Assembly: GCA_033580375.1 (NCBI GenBank)
Contig: GCA_033580375.1_4527.1
Source: a phage
Direction: 5' to 3' (one strand)
DNA length: 64,000 nt
Positions within the stretch are counted from its first letter, which is position 1; each line of letters opens with the position of its first letter. The notes under the pieces are model-generated. The model saw only the letters and a list, made by a program, of their open reading frames with translations, searched no databases and was not told the DNA's origin. This document shows, in pieces, positions 19,089 to 28,444 of this stretch. The translations under genes and the position numbers were made by a program.

Positions 19089-20024
19089 TTATTCTGCAAA
19101 TAATTCAGTAACGTCTGAAATTACTTCATAACGACAAGTACGCATCTTAGCATCGCCATAGTCAACTGGGATAGATACAACATCGCGCGGATGAACTTTA
19201 ACCTTAACAACTTTATCTGAGCTAGAACCAAAGTAACGAATATATGATTTAGCGCAAACATGTAGACCACGGGAGCAGGTTTGCGTATCATCATCGTTAA
19301 CACGAGTACGAGGCATTGAAACAACTTTACCTGGTGAGTTATCAAATGTACCGCTATAGCAATCTAAATAATCTTTACGAACTACTTTCCACGCGTAGAA
19401 ATGCCCATCTTCAGTGATTTCAATATCATTTGCAACCAAGAAGTCGAATAAACGTTGTACAGCTTTTTCGCTCGGGTTTTCTAACAGGTTTTCAAGGAAC
19501 GGCAGATAGAATTTAAAGTCTTCGCCTTTTTCCATGGAATCAATAATACGATTAACCAGACCTGAACGAATTTCTATACCTTGATAAAATAAACTACCAC
19601 CTTCAATAGTAACATTACCATCAACAAACTTAGTAATAGCTTTCTTGACGTTAATAAGTTCAACAGCTTTACTAAGGTTTCCTGCGACCAGATTAGCTTT
19701 AATTTCTTCAAAATTTGCATGACTTGATGGGGTCGCATTGTATGCTACGCGTCCTTCAATGATTGAAATAAATTTAGATGACGCGTTCCATATGATTTCT
19801 GGACGATGTCCGCCGATAATAGGTTCATCATTTTCTGGGACCTGTTCTTCGTCTTCAAATTCAGCGGCTTTCTCTTCAGCTTTAAAATTCTTAACAATCT
19901 TACGAAGAGTATCTGTTGAAATGTCGAAGTAATCGGCAATTTCTTTACGAGTCCATTTGCCTGATTCAACCAGGCCATAAGCTTCTAACTGTTCTTCTTG
20001 GGGCAAGCATTTGATATTGTACAT
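19089..20024 (-). CDS. rIIB: rIIB protein
   Basis: 311 aa (T4 312 aa); MYNIKCL..., IIWNASKKFISI, GGSLFYQ.IE.RSGLV.RI.DSMEKGE.F.FY.PFLENLLENPS.KAV.RLFDFLVANDIEITEDG.FYAWKVVR, DDDTQTCSRGLHVC.KSYIR.FGSS match T4 rIIB. Confidence 0.9.
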   Translation of the reverse strand: MYNIKCLPQEEQLEAYGLVESGKWTRKEIADYFDISTDTLRKIVKNFKAEEKAAEFEDEEQVPENDEPIIGGHRPEIIWNASSKFISIIEGRVAYNATPSSHANFEEIKANLVAGNLSKAVELINVKKAITKFVDGNVTIEGGSLFYQGIEIRSGLVNRIIDSMEKGEDFKFYLPFLENLLENPSEKAVQRLFDFLVANDIEITEDGHFYAWKVVRKDYLDCYSGTFDNSPGKVVSMPRTRVNDDDTQTCSRGLHVCAKSYIRYFGSSSDKVVKVKVHPRDVVSIPVDYGDAKMRTCRYEVISDVTELFAE

Positions 20025-20033
20025 AATGTTTCC

Positions 20034-22247
20034 TTATTTGGCTGCTTCCACAGCCTTCATGAATTTAACGATTTGAGCGACCTGTTCTTTGGAAAGAGTA
20101 CCACGTCGTCCCATGTATTCTGACACAATATGATAATTGGTTTCGAATTCAATAACCATTTTATCATCATTATCGTAAGCATTATCTTTAAGCTTATCGA
20201 AAATTTTAGCACACAATTCTAACTTTTTATTCAGTTCTCTGTTAGTAGCACCTGAGAATCGATTCCATCCCCAACGATTATTTACTGTTGAGAGTTTTGC
20301 AAAATCTTTACTGATTTCTTTGTTTTTAGAGCTAAAATACTTACTAAGGAAGTTAAGCTCTTCATTACGAGTAATATGATTCAAATAAGGTTGAGCTCTA
20401 CGACTTGGTGATACATACTCATCATAATCCACTTTATCGATTAGCGTAATATAGTCGTTAATTGATTTTTCGAACAAGCATTCTACTTCGCCAAGTTTAC
20501 GAACTTTCTTAGCAATCTGTGGACGAACTACAGTGAACTCTTTAATACCTGACAAATCAGCAATACGGGTCAAGAAATTGGAGTCATAGTTCAACCAACC
20601 TTTATCTGCGTCAAGACATTCAGCATTAGAACGATTACGAACTATAGCATAACCTTGGATTTCATCTGCTTCACTTGCCGGAATAAAGAGGTCTTCTGAT
20701 ACCCAAACATCGTTTTCATTCTTAAAGAATCGATGAGCACTTGGCGATTTAGGACGAGGCTCATTAGTCCGTTTCCTGACTTCAATCCATGGCTTAACGA
20801 TTTGTAAAAGCTCTGAAGTCTTGTACATGTTAATGTTGTCGCCATCAAAGATAACTTTAAGGCGTTCCAGAAGTTTCATTGCATCTTCGTCTGTAGGGTC
20901 AACGAATAGTACGCTTTTACCAAAACCGCGTGGAACTTTACCGGTTAATTTAACCTCGTCTTTAGACATTTCAATTGAATTAAGAGCTCGCATTAATGGA
21001 ACGCGTCCCTTAACGTCGTCAATAACAATTTCAACGTTTTTAATGTTAATGCCAATCAGGCTGTTAATTGAAATAGTTGATGATGAGCTACCACTTTCAC
21101 GAATACGACGAAGACGAGGGGATTCAACGATATCGTATACGACGCCAAGATTACACCACTCAGGCCCCATTTTAAAACGTTTGTACAACTCAGAATAAGT
21201 TAGTTGTTCTTTAGAGTATTTCAGTGATTCAATATTAGACCCGGCCTTTTCCATGTATTTACGAGCGGTATAACCAAGAGAATCAATTTCACGGAACACA
21301 TGACGTGGGTATTTACAATCAATCCATTTCTTAGAATCTTCAGCGAACAATTTAGCATCGATTTCTGCAACGCGTTTATGGATATTTGCTACTGTACGTT
21401 TATCAAATGACAACGCTTCACGAGACGGAGCTACATCTAGTTCACCCATAGGGAATTTAATATAAGCTGTAGTGCATCGCGTCATCATCCATGTTTGTTC
21501 TTTAATAACACTTCCGATTGGATATACAATACCGCCGTAAACAGCCATGATATTACCACGTTCACCCCATGGAGCTTCCTTGGCCAAATATACATCGTCA
21601 AATTCTGGGAAGTATTTGATATCTTTAACACCACGAACTTCTGCAATATCACCGAGAGGACGCATAACATAAGCAATTTCGGATGCGAACTTTTCAAAAT
21701 CTTCTGGGTTAACCGGCACAACTACTTCTACACCCGTACGGTCATCAGGGCCCATTTTATCTACGAAGGTTGGCTTAATTTGTGGACCTGTGTCATCTTG
21801 GTAGATTACGTAACCACGAACTTCGCCGTTGTGATAAGACGTAAGGTTAAACGTATCGGTATATGCTAGTGGAGCTTTAGAGCCTAGACCGAATCCACCA
21901 ATGAAATCGTTACTCGATGTTTTAGTTGAAGCAAAATATGAGTTATAGATTCCTGGCTCTTCGTCATTACCTCGAATAGTGAAATCACTCATACCAGGAC
22001 CAAAGTCTCGAACTACAAAGCGTGGGTCTAAACGACCTGGAGCCTGAACAATAAACTTATCAGTGCAACCATTAAGAATTTGTCCATCAATACAGTTTGT
22101 GATTAATTCACGTACACAAGCCAATTCTTTGTTTGTATAAAGGTCATTAGACAAAATCTTATAAACTTTACTATTGCCTTGAATAGTGAATGCCGTGCTC
22201 TTACCGCCTGAACCAATAATCGTTTCTTTAGCCGTTTCAATAATCAT
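20034..22247 (-). CDS. rIIA: rIIA protein
   Basis: 737 aa (T4 725 aa); position upstream of rIIB; N-terminal GHKL/GyrB-like ATPase-type region. Confidence 0.85.
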   Translation of the reverse strand: MIIETAKETIIGSGGKSTAFTIQGNSKVYKILSNDLYTNKELACVRELITNCIDGQILNGCTDKFIVQAPGRLDPRFVVRDFGPGMSDFTIRGNDEEPGIYNSYFASTKTSSNDFIGGFGLGSKAPLAYTDTFNLTSYHNGEVRGYVIYQDDTGPQIKPTFVDKMGPDDRTGVEVVVPVNPEDFEKFASEIAYVMRPLGDIAEVRGVKDIKYFPEFDDVYLAKEAPWGERGNIMAVYGGIVYPIGSVIKEQTWMMTRCTTAYIKFPMGELDVAPSREALSFDKRTVANIHKRVAEIDAKLFAEDSKKWIDCKYPRHVFREIDSLGYTARKYMEKAGSNIESLKYSKEQLTYSELYKRFKMGPEWCNLGVVYDIVESPRLRRIRESGSSSSTISINSLIGINIKNVEIVIDDVKGRVPLMRALNSIEMSKDEVKLTGKVPRGFGKSVLFVDPTDEDAMKLLERLKVIFDGDNINMYKTSELLQIVKPWIEVRKRTNEPRPKSPSAHRFFKNENDVWVSEDLFIPASEADEIQGYAIVRNRSNAECLDADKGWLNYDSNFLTRIADLSGIKEFTVVRPQIAKKVRKLGEVECLFEKSINDYITLIDKVDYDEYVSPSRRAQPYLNHITRNEELNFLSKYFSSKNKEISKDFAKLSTVNNRWGWNRFSGATNRELNKKLELCAKIFDKLKDNAYDNDDKMVIEFETNYHIVSEYMGRRGTLSKEQVAQIVKFMKAVEAAK

Positions 22248-22259
22248 ATTTTTCTCTCA

Positions 22260-22460
22260 TCACAAGTTACGTTTAAAAATTTCTGCTACTTCAAGAAGTT
22301 CTTCTTTAGTGGCTGTATCGGTTTGTATTTTATATCGAATTTCTTTAAAGCGTTCTTTAAAGGACTCTGCTGACTCGATATCAAAAAATCTTTGGATAAG
22401 CCGGAATTCCCGGAGCACTGCTTTATCAAAAAGTTCCAAGTCCACGTTATATGTTCTCAT
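22260..22460 (-). CDS. hypothetical protein (rIIA.1 position)
   Basis: 66-aa track ORF immediately upstream of rIIA. Confidence 0.45.
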   Translation of the reverse strand: MRTYNVDLELFDKAVLREFRLIQRFFDIESAESFKERFKEIRYKIQTDTATKEELLEVAEIFKRNL

Positions 22461-22552
22461 AATATTCTCTTCAGTAGATTCCTAGGGCACTATTACTAAA
22501 GACCATATAATCTATCATCTTATGTGTAATAGCGCCTCAGGCGATTCAGGAT

Positions 22553-23653
22553 TTACGCTGTGAAGATTTTATCCCACATTGCAACAACTGCATCTCGGTT
22601 ATACTTCTTCCATACTGCTTCAGCACGTTTAACTCGAGCTTCGTACGTGTCAGTGAATTCTAATACAGCTTTTGTGTAAAGCGCAACTACTTCTTTCTTA
22701 GGAGTAGAGGAATCAATTTCTACACGCACAGTATCTGGGTCATATTCGAATGTCGCATGCGGATAATCCTTAAAAACTAACTGAATTACAGGGACACCTT
22801 TAGAGATGGCTTCAATAGAACTATTCTCTACCGTACCCGTGTCAGGACACGTATTAATAAGTGCTTTAGCTGTTTTAAGACGTTCCATGATTTCACTGTG
22901 TGGAGCATCAATAATAACAGGATACTTAGCTGGTGGTGCCCATTTGCTTGGACAATAACCAATACCATTTTCGCCTAGTGCTTTAATCGCTTCAAGAGCA
23001 ACATCAGTACGACGCATCTTAGTGTCATAACGTTGAGCACTAATAATCAAATCAGTTGCTGGAAGAACTTCAGGTTTCTCATTCAAACAAATAACCGGAT
23101 AATCTTCGGCTTCAAACAACGGATTTGCTCGCCAATAATCATAATCAATTTTGTCAGTCAGACCCGAAGTCATATAACAATATTTACGTTCAAATTCACG
23201 GAAGGCTTTAGTAGGAGCATAACTCTTACCACCATTCTTATGAATTTGAATAGTCTGGTCCCAAATTTGAACAATGCCACGAGATACCGGTTCAAATGGT
23301 GTTGCCATAAAATTCTTATGAACTTTAGAGAGACCTGCGTCTTTAATTGCCTGAACGGTTAGTTTGGTCGGTTCCATTGTAACAACGAAATCGTACTCAT
23401 TAATGCCGGCTAGTTCAACAATCTTACGAGCCATAGTATAACTCATACCTAGACTGAATTTAGTCAGATGACCAACAGGATGGTGTGTAACTTTCCAATC
23501 ACCAAATGTGTCATTATCAAAACCAATATAATCAATATCAGCACCGATGGACACAAGATATTTCAACACATTTAAATGTACTGCTTCAAGACCACCTTGT
23601 ACACGCTCTGGGTTAAACGGGACTGCGCGAGATGGGATAAACATAACTTTCAT
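22553..23653 (-). CDS. Putative GT-B-fold glycosyltransferase (candidate DNA hmC glycosyl/arabinosyl-transferase)
   Basis: 366 aa at the rIIA-39 junction where T4 carries gene 60/mobA; C-terminal E..SIEAISKGVPVIQ resembles the GT1/GT4 E-x7-E donor-binding region; size typical of GT-B enzymes. Confidence 0.5.
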   Translation of the reverse strand: MKVMFIPSRAVPFNPERVQGGLEAVHLNVLKYLVSIGADIDYIGFDNDTFGDWKVTHHPVGHLTKFSLGMSYTMARKIVELAGINEYDFVVTMEPTKLTVQAIKDAGLSKVHKNFMATPFEPVSRGIVQIWDQTIQIHKNGGKSYAPTKAFREFERKYCYMTSGLTDKIDYDYWRANPLFEAEDYPVICLNEKPEVLPATDLIISAQRYDTKMRRTDVALEAIKALGENGIGYCPSKWAPPAKYPVIIDAPHSEIMERLKTAKALINTCPDTGTVENSSIEAISKGVPVIQLVFKDYPHATFEYDPDTVRVEIDSSTPKKEVVALYTKAVLEFTDTYEARVKRAEAVWKKYNRDAVVAMWDKIFTA

Positions 23654-23679
23654 AATTAAGCCTTATTAAAATTAAAATG

Positions 23680-23697
23680 AAGCTCCCGAAGGAGCTT
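23680..23697 (-). promoter_or_regulatory. RNA hairpin (AGCUCC-UUCG-GGAGCU) overlapping gene 39 stop, 26 nt before glycosyltransferase start
   Basis: Perfect stem with UUCG loop; short U-rich tract after; too close to downstream ATG for a separate promoter, so read-through or attenuation likely. Confidence 0.4.
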
Positions 23698-25513
23698 AGG
23701 ACATCCATTCTTTACGAAGTTCTGAATCATCACCCAACAACATTTCAAAGAGTTCTTTCCAATTTTCAGGAAGTTTAACTACGTCGTACACAGGGTTTTG
23801 AATCATTTCACGATATTCTGACTTTTCAAGGGAGCCCAATCCCTTGATGTATCGAATACTATGCTTAGGCAGTGTATCTTTAGCTTCTTCATACTCAGCT
23901 ACAGTATAAAACCATTTTTGAGATTTGCCAATTTGTGCAATAATTACAGGCGTTTTAACGAAGCGAATACGTCCTTGTTCAAACAATTCAGGCCAATTAC
24001 TAAAGAAAGCAAGCAAAGCCGGATAAATACTTCCAAGGCCGTCATGATCGGCATCGGTCATAATTGCAATATTACGATAGTTCGTATTCTCTGCCTTTTC
24101 ACCAAGAATAAGACCTGTGATAGCACAGATATCAAAGAGCTCTTTGTTCTTCATCATATCAGCATATGACATACCCCAGCTATTCATCACCTTACCACGT
24201 AATGGGAATCCACCGTGTAGTTCACGGTCACGAACATCAATGAGATAACCAATTGCCGAATCACCTTCTGTTAAAAACAATGTCGTATCTGCATCTTTAC
24301 CACATTGGTTAGCTTTAATATGCTTATGAACCTTAGCTTTAGTTGCCTTTTTAGCGGCTTTAGTTTCTGCAGCCTTTTCTGCCGCTAATTTACGAGCTAA
24401 TGCTGCTTCAACAATAGGCATAATCAAGGCTTCGTTTTTAAGAAGTGCCTGAGCAATTTTCTTAGCATCTAATTGGATATGATTACGAATATCACCATAC
24501 GTTGACGTTAAACGTTCTTTAGTCTGAGAATCAAAACGCATGTTACTCATGTCTCTAATAAACATCAACATTGTGAGGCATTCTTTAACACGAGCTTTAG
24601 TGACTTCAATACCCTTATATTTCTTTTTAATACCGGGCAAAAGATGTTCGCAGATATCATCCATTACACATTCAACATGATGACCACCATTTTTAGTATG
24701 GATGTTATTCACATAAGTTAAATGACGGAAGCCATCTGGTGATGTTGTGAATGCTATAGAGACTTTATCATTTTCTTGAATGATGTTATCTTCACCAAAT
24801 TGTTTAGCAAATCGTTTAAAATTGCCATCAACCTTTTTACCATTAAATGTGAACTTGATATCAGGATAAACGACTGCCAATGTTTGAAGTCGGTCTAAAG
24901 TAATATCTAAATAAATTTGAGATAAATTATGCTCTTCAAATGAAGTGAAATCAGGAGTGAAGATTACTTTAGTGCCTTTACCTTTAGATTTCTTAGAAGA
25001 CCATGATTTGTTTTCCATTCCGTTTGAACAGTTAACAGTGATTTCATTTTCACCATCTGACGTGATGCCTGTAAACAACGTAGAGAAGATATTAGTTAAA
25101 CTACTCCCGACGCCGTTCATACCACCAGTCTTGCGTTCAGAGTCATCACCAAAGTTACCACCGGCCTTTGGAATAGTCCAGGCTGCTACAGGCCCAGGAA
25201 TTTGTTCGCCCGTTTGGTCGGTAACTAAACCTTGAGGAATACCACGTCCGTTATCTTCCACCGAAACTTGATTATTTTTAATTTGCACATCAATTTTATT
25301 TGCAAACTTAAATGATGTACGAATAGCTTCATCAACCGAGTTGTCAATAATCTCATCGATTAATTTTACCAGACCAGGAACATATTCAACTTGTTGATAT
25401 TTACCAAACAAAAAACGTTCATGTGCTTCTTTAGCAGAAGAACCAATATACATACCACTACGTTTCTTAATATGTTCTACATCTGACAATACCTTAATTT
25501 CATTTTTAATCAT
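23696..25513 (-). CDS. 39: DNA topoisomerase II large subunit gp39 (GyrB-like ATPase), uninterrupted 39+60 form
   Basis: 605 aa; GyrB-type ATPase motifs (E..DNS.DE, DNGRGIP, GG.FGDD, GG.NGVGSSL) and TOPRIM-like C-terminal part; T4 has this split into 39 (516 aa) plus 60. Confidence 0.9.
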   Translation of the reverse strand: MIKNEIKVLSDVEHIKKRSGMYIGSSAKEAHERFLFGKYQQVEYVPGLVKLIDEIIDNSVDEAIRTSFKFANKIDVQIKNNQVSVEDNGRGIPQGLVTDQTGEQIPGPVAAWTIPKAGGNFGDDSERKTGGMNGVGSSLTNIFSTLFTGITSDGENEITVNCSNGMENKSWSSKKSKGKGTKVIFTPDFTSFEEHNLSQIYLDITLDRLQTLAVVYPDIKFTFNGKKVDGNFKRFAKQFGEDNIIQENDKVSIAFTTSPDGFRHLTYVNNIHTKNGGHHVECVMDDICEHLLPGIKKKYKGIEVTKARVKECLTMLMFIRDMSNMRFDSQTKERLTSTYGDIRNHIQLDAKKIAQALLKNEALIMPIVEAALARKLAAEKAAETKAAKKATKAKVHKHIKANQCGKDADTTLFLTEGDSAIGYLIDVRDRELHGGFPLRGKVMNSWGMSYADMMKNKELFDICAITGLILGEKAENTNYRNIAIMTDADHDGLGSIYPALLAFFSNWPELFEQGRIRFVKTPVIIAQIGKSQKWFYTVAEYEEAKDTLPKHSIRYIKGLGSLEKSEYREMIQNPVYDVVKLPENWKELFEMLLGDDSELRKEWMS

Positions 25514-25535
25514 GTTGTCTCCTCGTTATGAAGGT

Positions 25536-25562
25536 ATTCTATCATCCGAAATCTAAAGCAAA
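25536..25562 (-). promoter_or_regulatory. Candidate MotA-dependent middle promoter for gene 39 (MotA box TTTGCTTTA, 12 nt, TAGAAT)
   Basis: Minus strand: TTTTTGCTTTAgatttcggatgaTAGAATacc about 23 nt upstream of gene 39 ATG. Confidence 0.4.
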
Positions 25563-25578
25563 AAGGGCCGAAGCCCTT
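25551..25578 (-). terminator. Intrinsic terminator (AAGGGC-UUCG-GCCCUU + U-tract, minus strand)
   Basis: Hairpin with UUCG loop overlapping the stop codon of the upstream 141-aa ORF, followed by TTTTTGCTTT. Confidence 0.5.
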
Positions 25579-26002
25579 ATTTAAATTTAATTTTCTGAAG
25601 TGCATCAATTGCAGCCAAACGCCCTTGTTCACTTTTAACTGTAATGACCACATCGCCTGATATGATCACCGAACCATCAACAAATTCTATAGAGCCTTTT
25701 TTGAAACCGACAGCTGTATCTTGTTCCGGGACTTCTTCAAAGAATTTAAATTCTGCACCATAAAGCAGAATATCACCTTGCATACTATGAATAGTTCGGC
25801 CATAATCGCCTACGGCTTCTACAGCAATAACCGAAACGCCGTAACCAATCATCTCTTCCACAATAAAATCTTTGGACAATAAAGTAGTATGCAGATTAGT
25901 ATTAAGACGTTTACCAGTCGTATTAAGAATTCTCAAGAAATTATCTTCCTGTCCTTTGATAATACGGTATTTCTTGCCAATTTCAAAACCTTTAAAAGCC
26001 AT
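25577..26002 (-). CDS. hypothetical protein (39.1/goF region)
   Basis: 141-aa track ORF. Confidence 0.45.
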   Translation of the reverse strand: MAFKGFEIGKKYRIIKGQEDNFLRILNTTGKRLNTNLHTTLLSKDFIVEEMIGYGVSVIAVEAVGDYGRTIHSMQGDILLYGAEFKFFEEVPEQDTAVGFKKGSIEFVDGSVIISGDVVITVKSEQGRLAAIDALQKIKFK

Positions 26003-26004
26003 AA

Positions 26005-26184
26005 TTATCCCTTCTTAAGTAAGTCGTAAAAACCACCGTTCACATGTTTAGGAGCAGAAACCCGACGAGTAGACAGACGGTGACATTCAGGGCAAACATC
26101 GTTTTCTCGTTCAGAAATCCTTTTAATTTTTTCATATTCATGACCACAATCTTCAGATTGACATTTATAGTCGTATAACGGCAT
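26005..26184 (-). CDS. small zinc-ribbon protein (CxxC...CxxC, FmdB-like), ~59 aa
   Basis: Hand translation MPLYDYKCQSEDCGHEYEKIKRISERENDVCPECHRLSTRRVSAPKHVNGGFYDLLKKG: two CxxC pairs. Below track cutoff. Confidence 0.45.
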   Translation of the reverse strand: MPLYDYKCQSEDCGHEYEKIKRISERENDVCPECHRLSTRRVSAPKHVNGGFYDLLKKG

Positions 26185-26186
26185 TA

Positions 26187-26615
26187 TTATTCCTTAAAAT
26201 GTGCTTTCAACATTTGATACAAAGACCATGCCTGGTCGTTATTTTCGATAGTAATCGTCATCACCGGAAATTCGGTCAATTCATCAAGTTCTCCAGAGTC
26301 TTGCTCTTCAGACGCTTGATATGGATTTCCAACTTCATCAAAAAACTCTGCTTCACTAGTAGAGAGCCAGATAAAGTTTTCATCAAGAATATCACCACCA
26401 GTGGCGTATCCAACCATGCCAGTAGATGTCACAATTTTAGTAGGTCGTCCAAGATGGTCAACATCTAATACTTTAAATGGTTCCATGCCAAGACGTCGTG
26501 CATAAATCCCATTATCAGTGTGGTTTTTAATAAACTCTTCTTGGGCACGTTTATCTTTAAATTGGTACCATGAGTTAACGCGGAATTTATTAGCCATTAG
26601 TAAGTTTCCTTCCAA
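26187..26615 (-). CDS. hypothetical protein
   Basis: 142-aa track ORF. Confidence 0.4.
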   Translation of the reverse strand: MEGNLLMANKFRVNSWYQFKDKRAQEEFIKNHTDNGIYARRLGMEPFKVLDVDHLGRPTKIVTSTGMVGYATGGDILDENFIWLSTSEAEFFDEVGNPYQASEEQDSGELDELTEFPVMTITIENNDQAWSLYQMLKAHFKE

Positions 26616-26869
26616 TAAGTTGTACCATTTTCAGTGATTTCACGGAAGATACCATAGATAGGCATTTCATCACCGAGTTTTTCGTAAACGTAAACCACTT
26701 CAGTGTAGCATAAAAATTCAGTCCAGTTTTTCTGTACAACAACTAAATCAGGATTAAATAGAACATCTTCAAACTCATCGATGTTTGAATCAGTAGTTAC
26801 GTTTTTAATGATTTGACGTTTCATAATATTCTCCTCTTGTTTTGATAGGTCTATAGTATCATAGCCCAT
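26597..26869 (-). CDS. hypothetical protein
   Basis: 90-aa track ORF. Confidence 0.4.
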   Translation of the reverse strand: MGYDTIDLSKQEENIMKRQIIKNVTTDSNIDEFEDVLFNPDLVVVQKNWTEFLCYTEVVYVYEKLGDEMPIYGIFREITENGTTYWKETY

Positions 26870-26881
26870 AGTTGTTGTACA

Positions 26882-27406
26882 TCATTTTAGCAAAATAAAA
26901 TCAACTTGTTCTGCCAATGAACGTCTGAACATTAATTGACAACTTCCGAGGATGAAATCAGGTGCTTCATAGACCGCGATGTAGTATCCTTTAGCTTTCA
27001 AGAGTTCAACATCTACCTGGTCATCAAACCATGCATAAACCGCGTCAACACTTTCAAATCCAAAATAGAACCCTTGAGCCCAATCTTCACTCAATTCAAA
27101 TGTGTGCTCAATTCTATAGTATCTTAAGATATTTTTTTCAAGGAGTTTATCTTCATTTACTGTAGGACGATTAGGGACATTATAGTTGTCGCCGTGATGG
27201 TAGAAATTACCTGAGAGTATTCCATGTTTATCAAGGAACTCCCATGTTTCTTCAGAGTTGTCGGTGCCCGACCAACCGTATGGCGAACGAGGTTCTTTAT
27301 TCCAAGAGGTTTCCCAAATTCTGACGGCTTTACCGTCTTCAATAGCAATTCCTGGTAATGATTCACGTTGAGTACAAAAACTACGTTCTACGCGGTAAAC
27401 TAACAT
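26882..27406 (-). CDS. hypothetical protein
   Basis: 174-aa track ORF. Confidence 0.45.
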   Translation of the reverse strand: MLVYRVERSFCTQRESLPGIAIEDGKAVRIWETSWNKEPRSPYGWSGTDNSEETWEFLDKHGILSGNFYHHGDNYNVPNRPTVNEDKLLEKNILRYYRIEHTFELSEDWAQGFYFGFESVDAVYAWFDDQVDVELLKAKGYYIAVYEAPDFILGSCQLMFRRSLAEQVDFILLK

Positions 27407-27465
27407 ATTATTCTCCTCTGGTTGATATGGTTATAATATCAAAACCAGAGGAGAAGTAAACAACT

Positions 27466-27885
27466 TTATGCGAAAGCAGCCGGGCTATATTTTTTAATTT
27501 GGAATTCAGGAACTACCATGAACTGACCAGCGAAAACGATGTTATAAAGCTTAACACCATCTTCTACCCAACGGTCGCTAATAAATCCGGCGATTTGCTT
27601 AGTTTTCCATGGCGTTCCATCGGTTGCCGCAGCAATAGTGAATTCGTGGTCTTTTTCAACAGAAACTGATCTGCATAGTCCCCATTTGAACGCTTTTTCT
27701 TCTGGTTCAATGAATTGGCTTGAGACGTAACCAATGTTGCCATCAGCATCACGAACTTTAACTTGATGTGGACTAAAGAGTCCACAACTTACAGAAAGAA
27801 CTTCAACCAACTTCCCAGCAACTTTAGAGCGAGAAGCAACAGGTACATATACGTAATCACCAATAGAGAGATTTGCAATATTCAT
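27466..27885 (-). CDS. hypothetical protein, paralog family member 1
   Basis: 139 aa; shares N-terminal SRSK.AGKLVEV and C-terminal GFISD.WVEDG.KLYNIVF.G.F.VV with the next ORF. Confidence 0.5.
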   Translation of the reverse strand: MNIANLSIGDYVYVPVASRSKVAGKLVEVLSVSCGLFSPHQVKVRDADGNIGYVSSQFIEPEEKAFKWGLCRSVSVEKDHEFTIAAATDGTPWKTKQIAGFISDRWVEDGVKLYNIVFAGQFMVVPEFQIKKYSPAAFA

Positions 27886-27894
27886 AATAATTCC

Positions 27895-28380
27895 TTAAGC
27901 TTTACGAGGAGACACATAACGAGTGATTTCGGATTCTTTAACAACTCTGAAGTCACCTAAGAATACGATATTGTATAACTTTTCACCATCTTCAACCCAT
28001 TGGTCACTAATGAAGCCACACATAGTATCAGTTTTGCTTGGATAACCGTATTCATCGATGAAGTCAAATTCTTTATCAGTCTGGAATTCAACACCTTTAC
28101 ACAAGGCCCATTTGAACTGTGCATTATGCTCTGTGGATTCAACTTTTTCTCTTGAAGCAAAAGCACTACTCACAGGCGTTTCCAAGAACTTTGCACGAAC
28201 ATAAGCAAATTTGGTTTCCTGTGTCCCAAAACTAGGAATAATACGAACTTTTACCTCAGAATCTTCATCTTTAACGCCTTCTTTAAGTTGAATACTTACA
28301 ACTTCGACCAATTTTCCTGCGGCTTTAGAACGAGATTTGTTAGATACGCGAACGATTTCACCAATAATACCAAGATTCAT
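27895..28380 (-). CDS. hypothetical protein, paralog family member 2
   Basis: 161 aa; paralog of 27466..27885. Confidence 0.5.
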   Translation of the reverse strand: MNLGIIGEIVRVSNKSRSKAAGKLVEVVSIQLKEGVKDEDSEVKVRIIPSFGTQETKFAYVRAKFLETPVSSAFASREKVESTEHNAQFKWALCKGVEFQTDKEFDFIDEYGYPSKTDTMCGFISDQWVEDGEKLYNIVFLGDFRVVKESEITRYVSPRKA

Positions 28381-28412
28381 AATTTCTCTCTCTCTTTGTT
28401 TAAATTGAATTC

Positions 28413-28442
28413 ATTATACTCCGTCCATCCTTGGATGTACAA
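28413..28442 (-). promoter_or_regulatory. T4 early-type promoter (TTGTACA-17-TATAAT, minus strand)
   Basis: Minus strand: TTGTACAtccaaggatggacggagTATAAT, about 30 nt upstream of 28380 start. Confidence 0.5.
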
Positions 28443-28444
28443 CA

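Noticed and set aside
20821-21869. 125-aa and 124-aa plus-strand ORFs inside rIIA
   Set aside because: Antisense to rIIA; serine/arginine-rich composition typical of reverse-strand artefacts.
27564-27785. 73-aa ORF in alternative frame within paralog gene 27466..27885
   Set aside because: Fully nested in a longer, better-supported ORF on the same strand.
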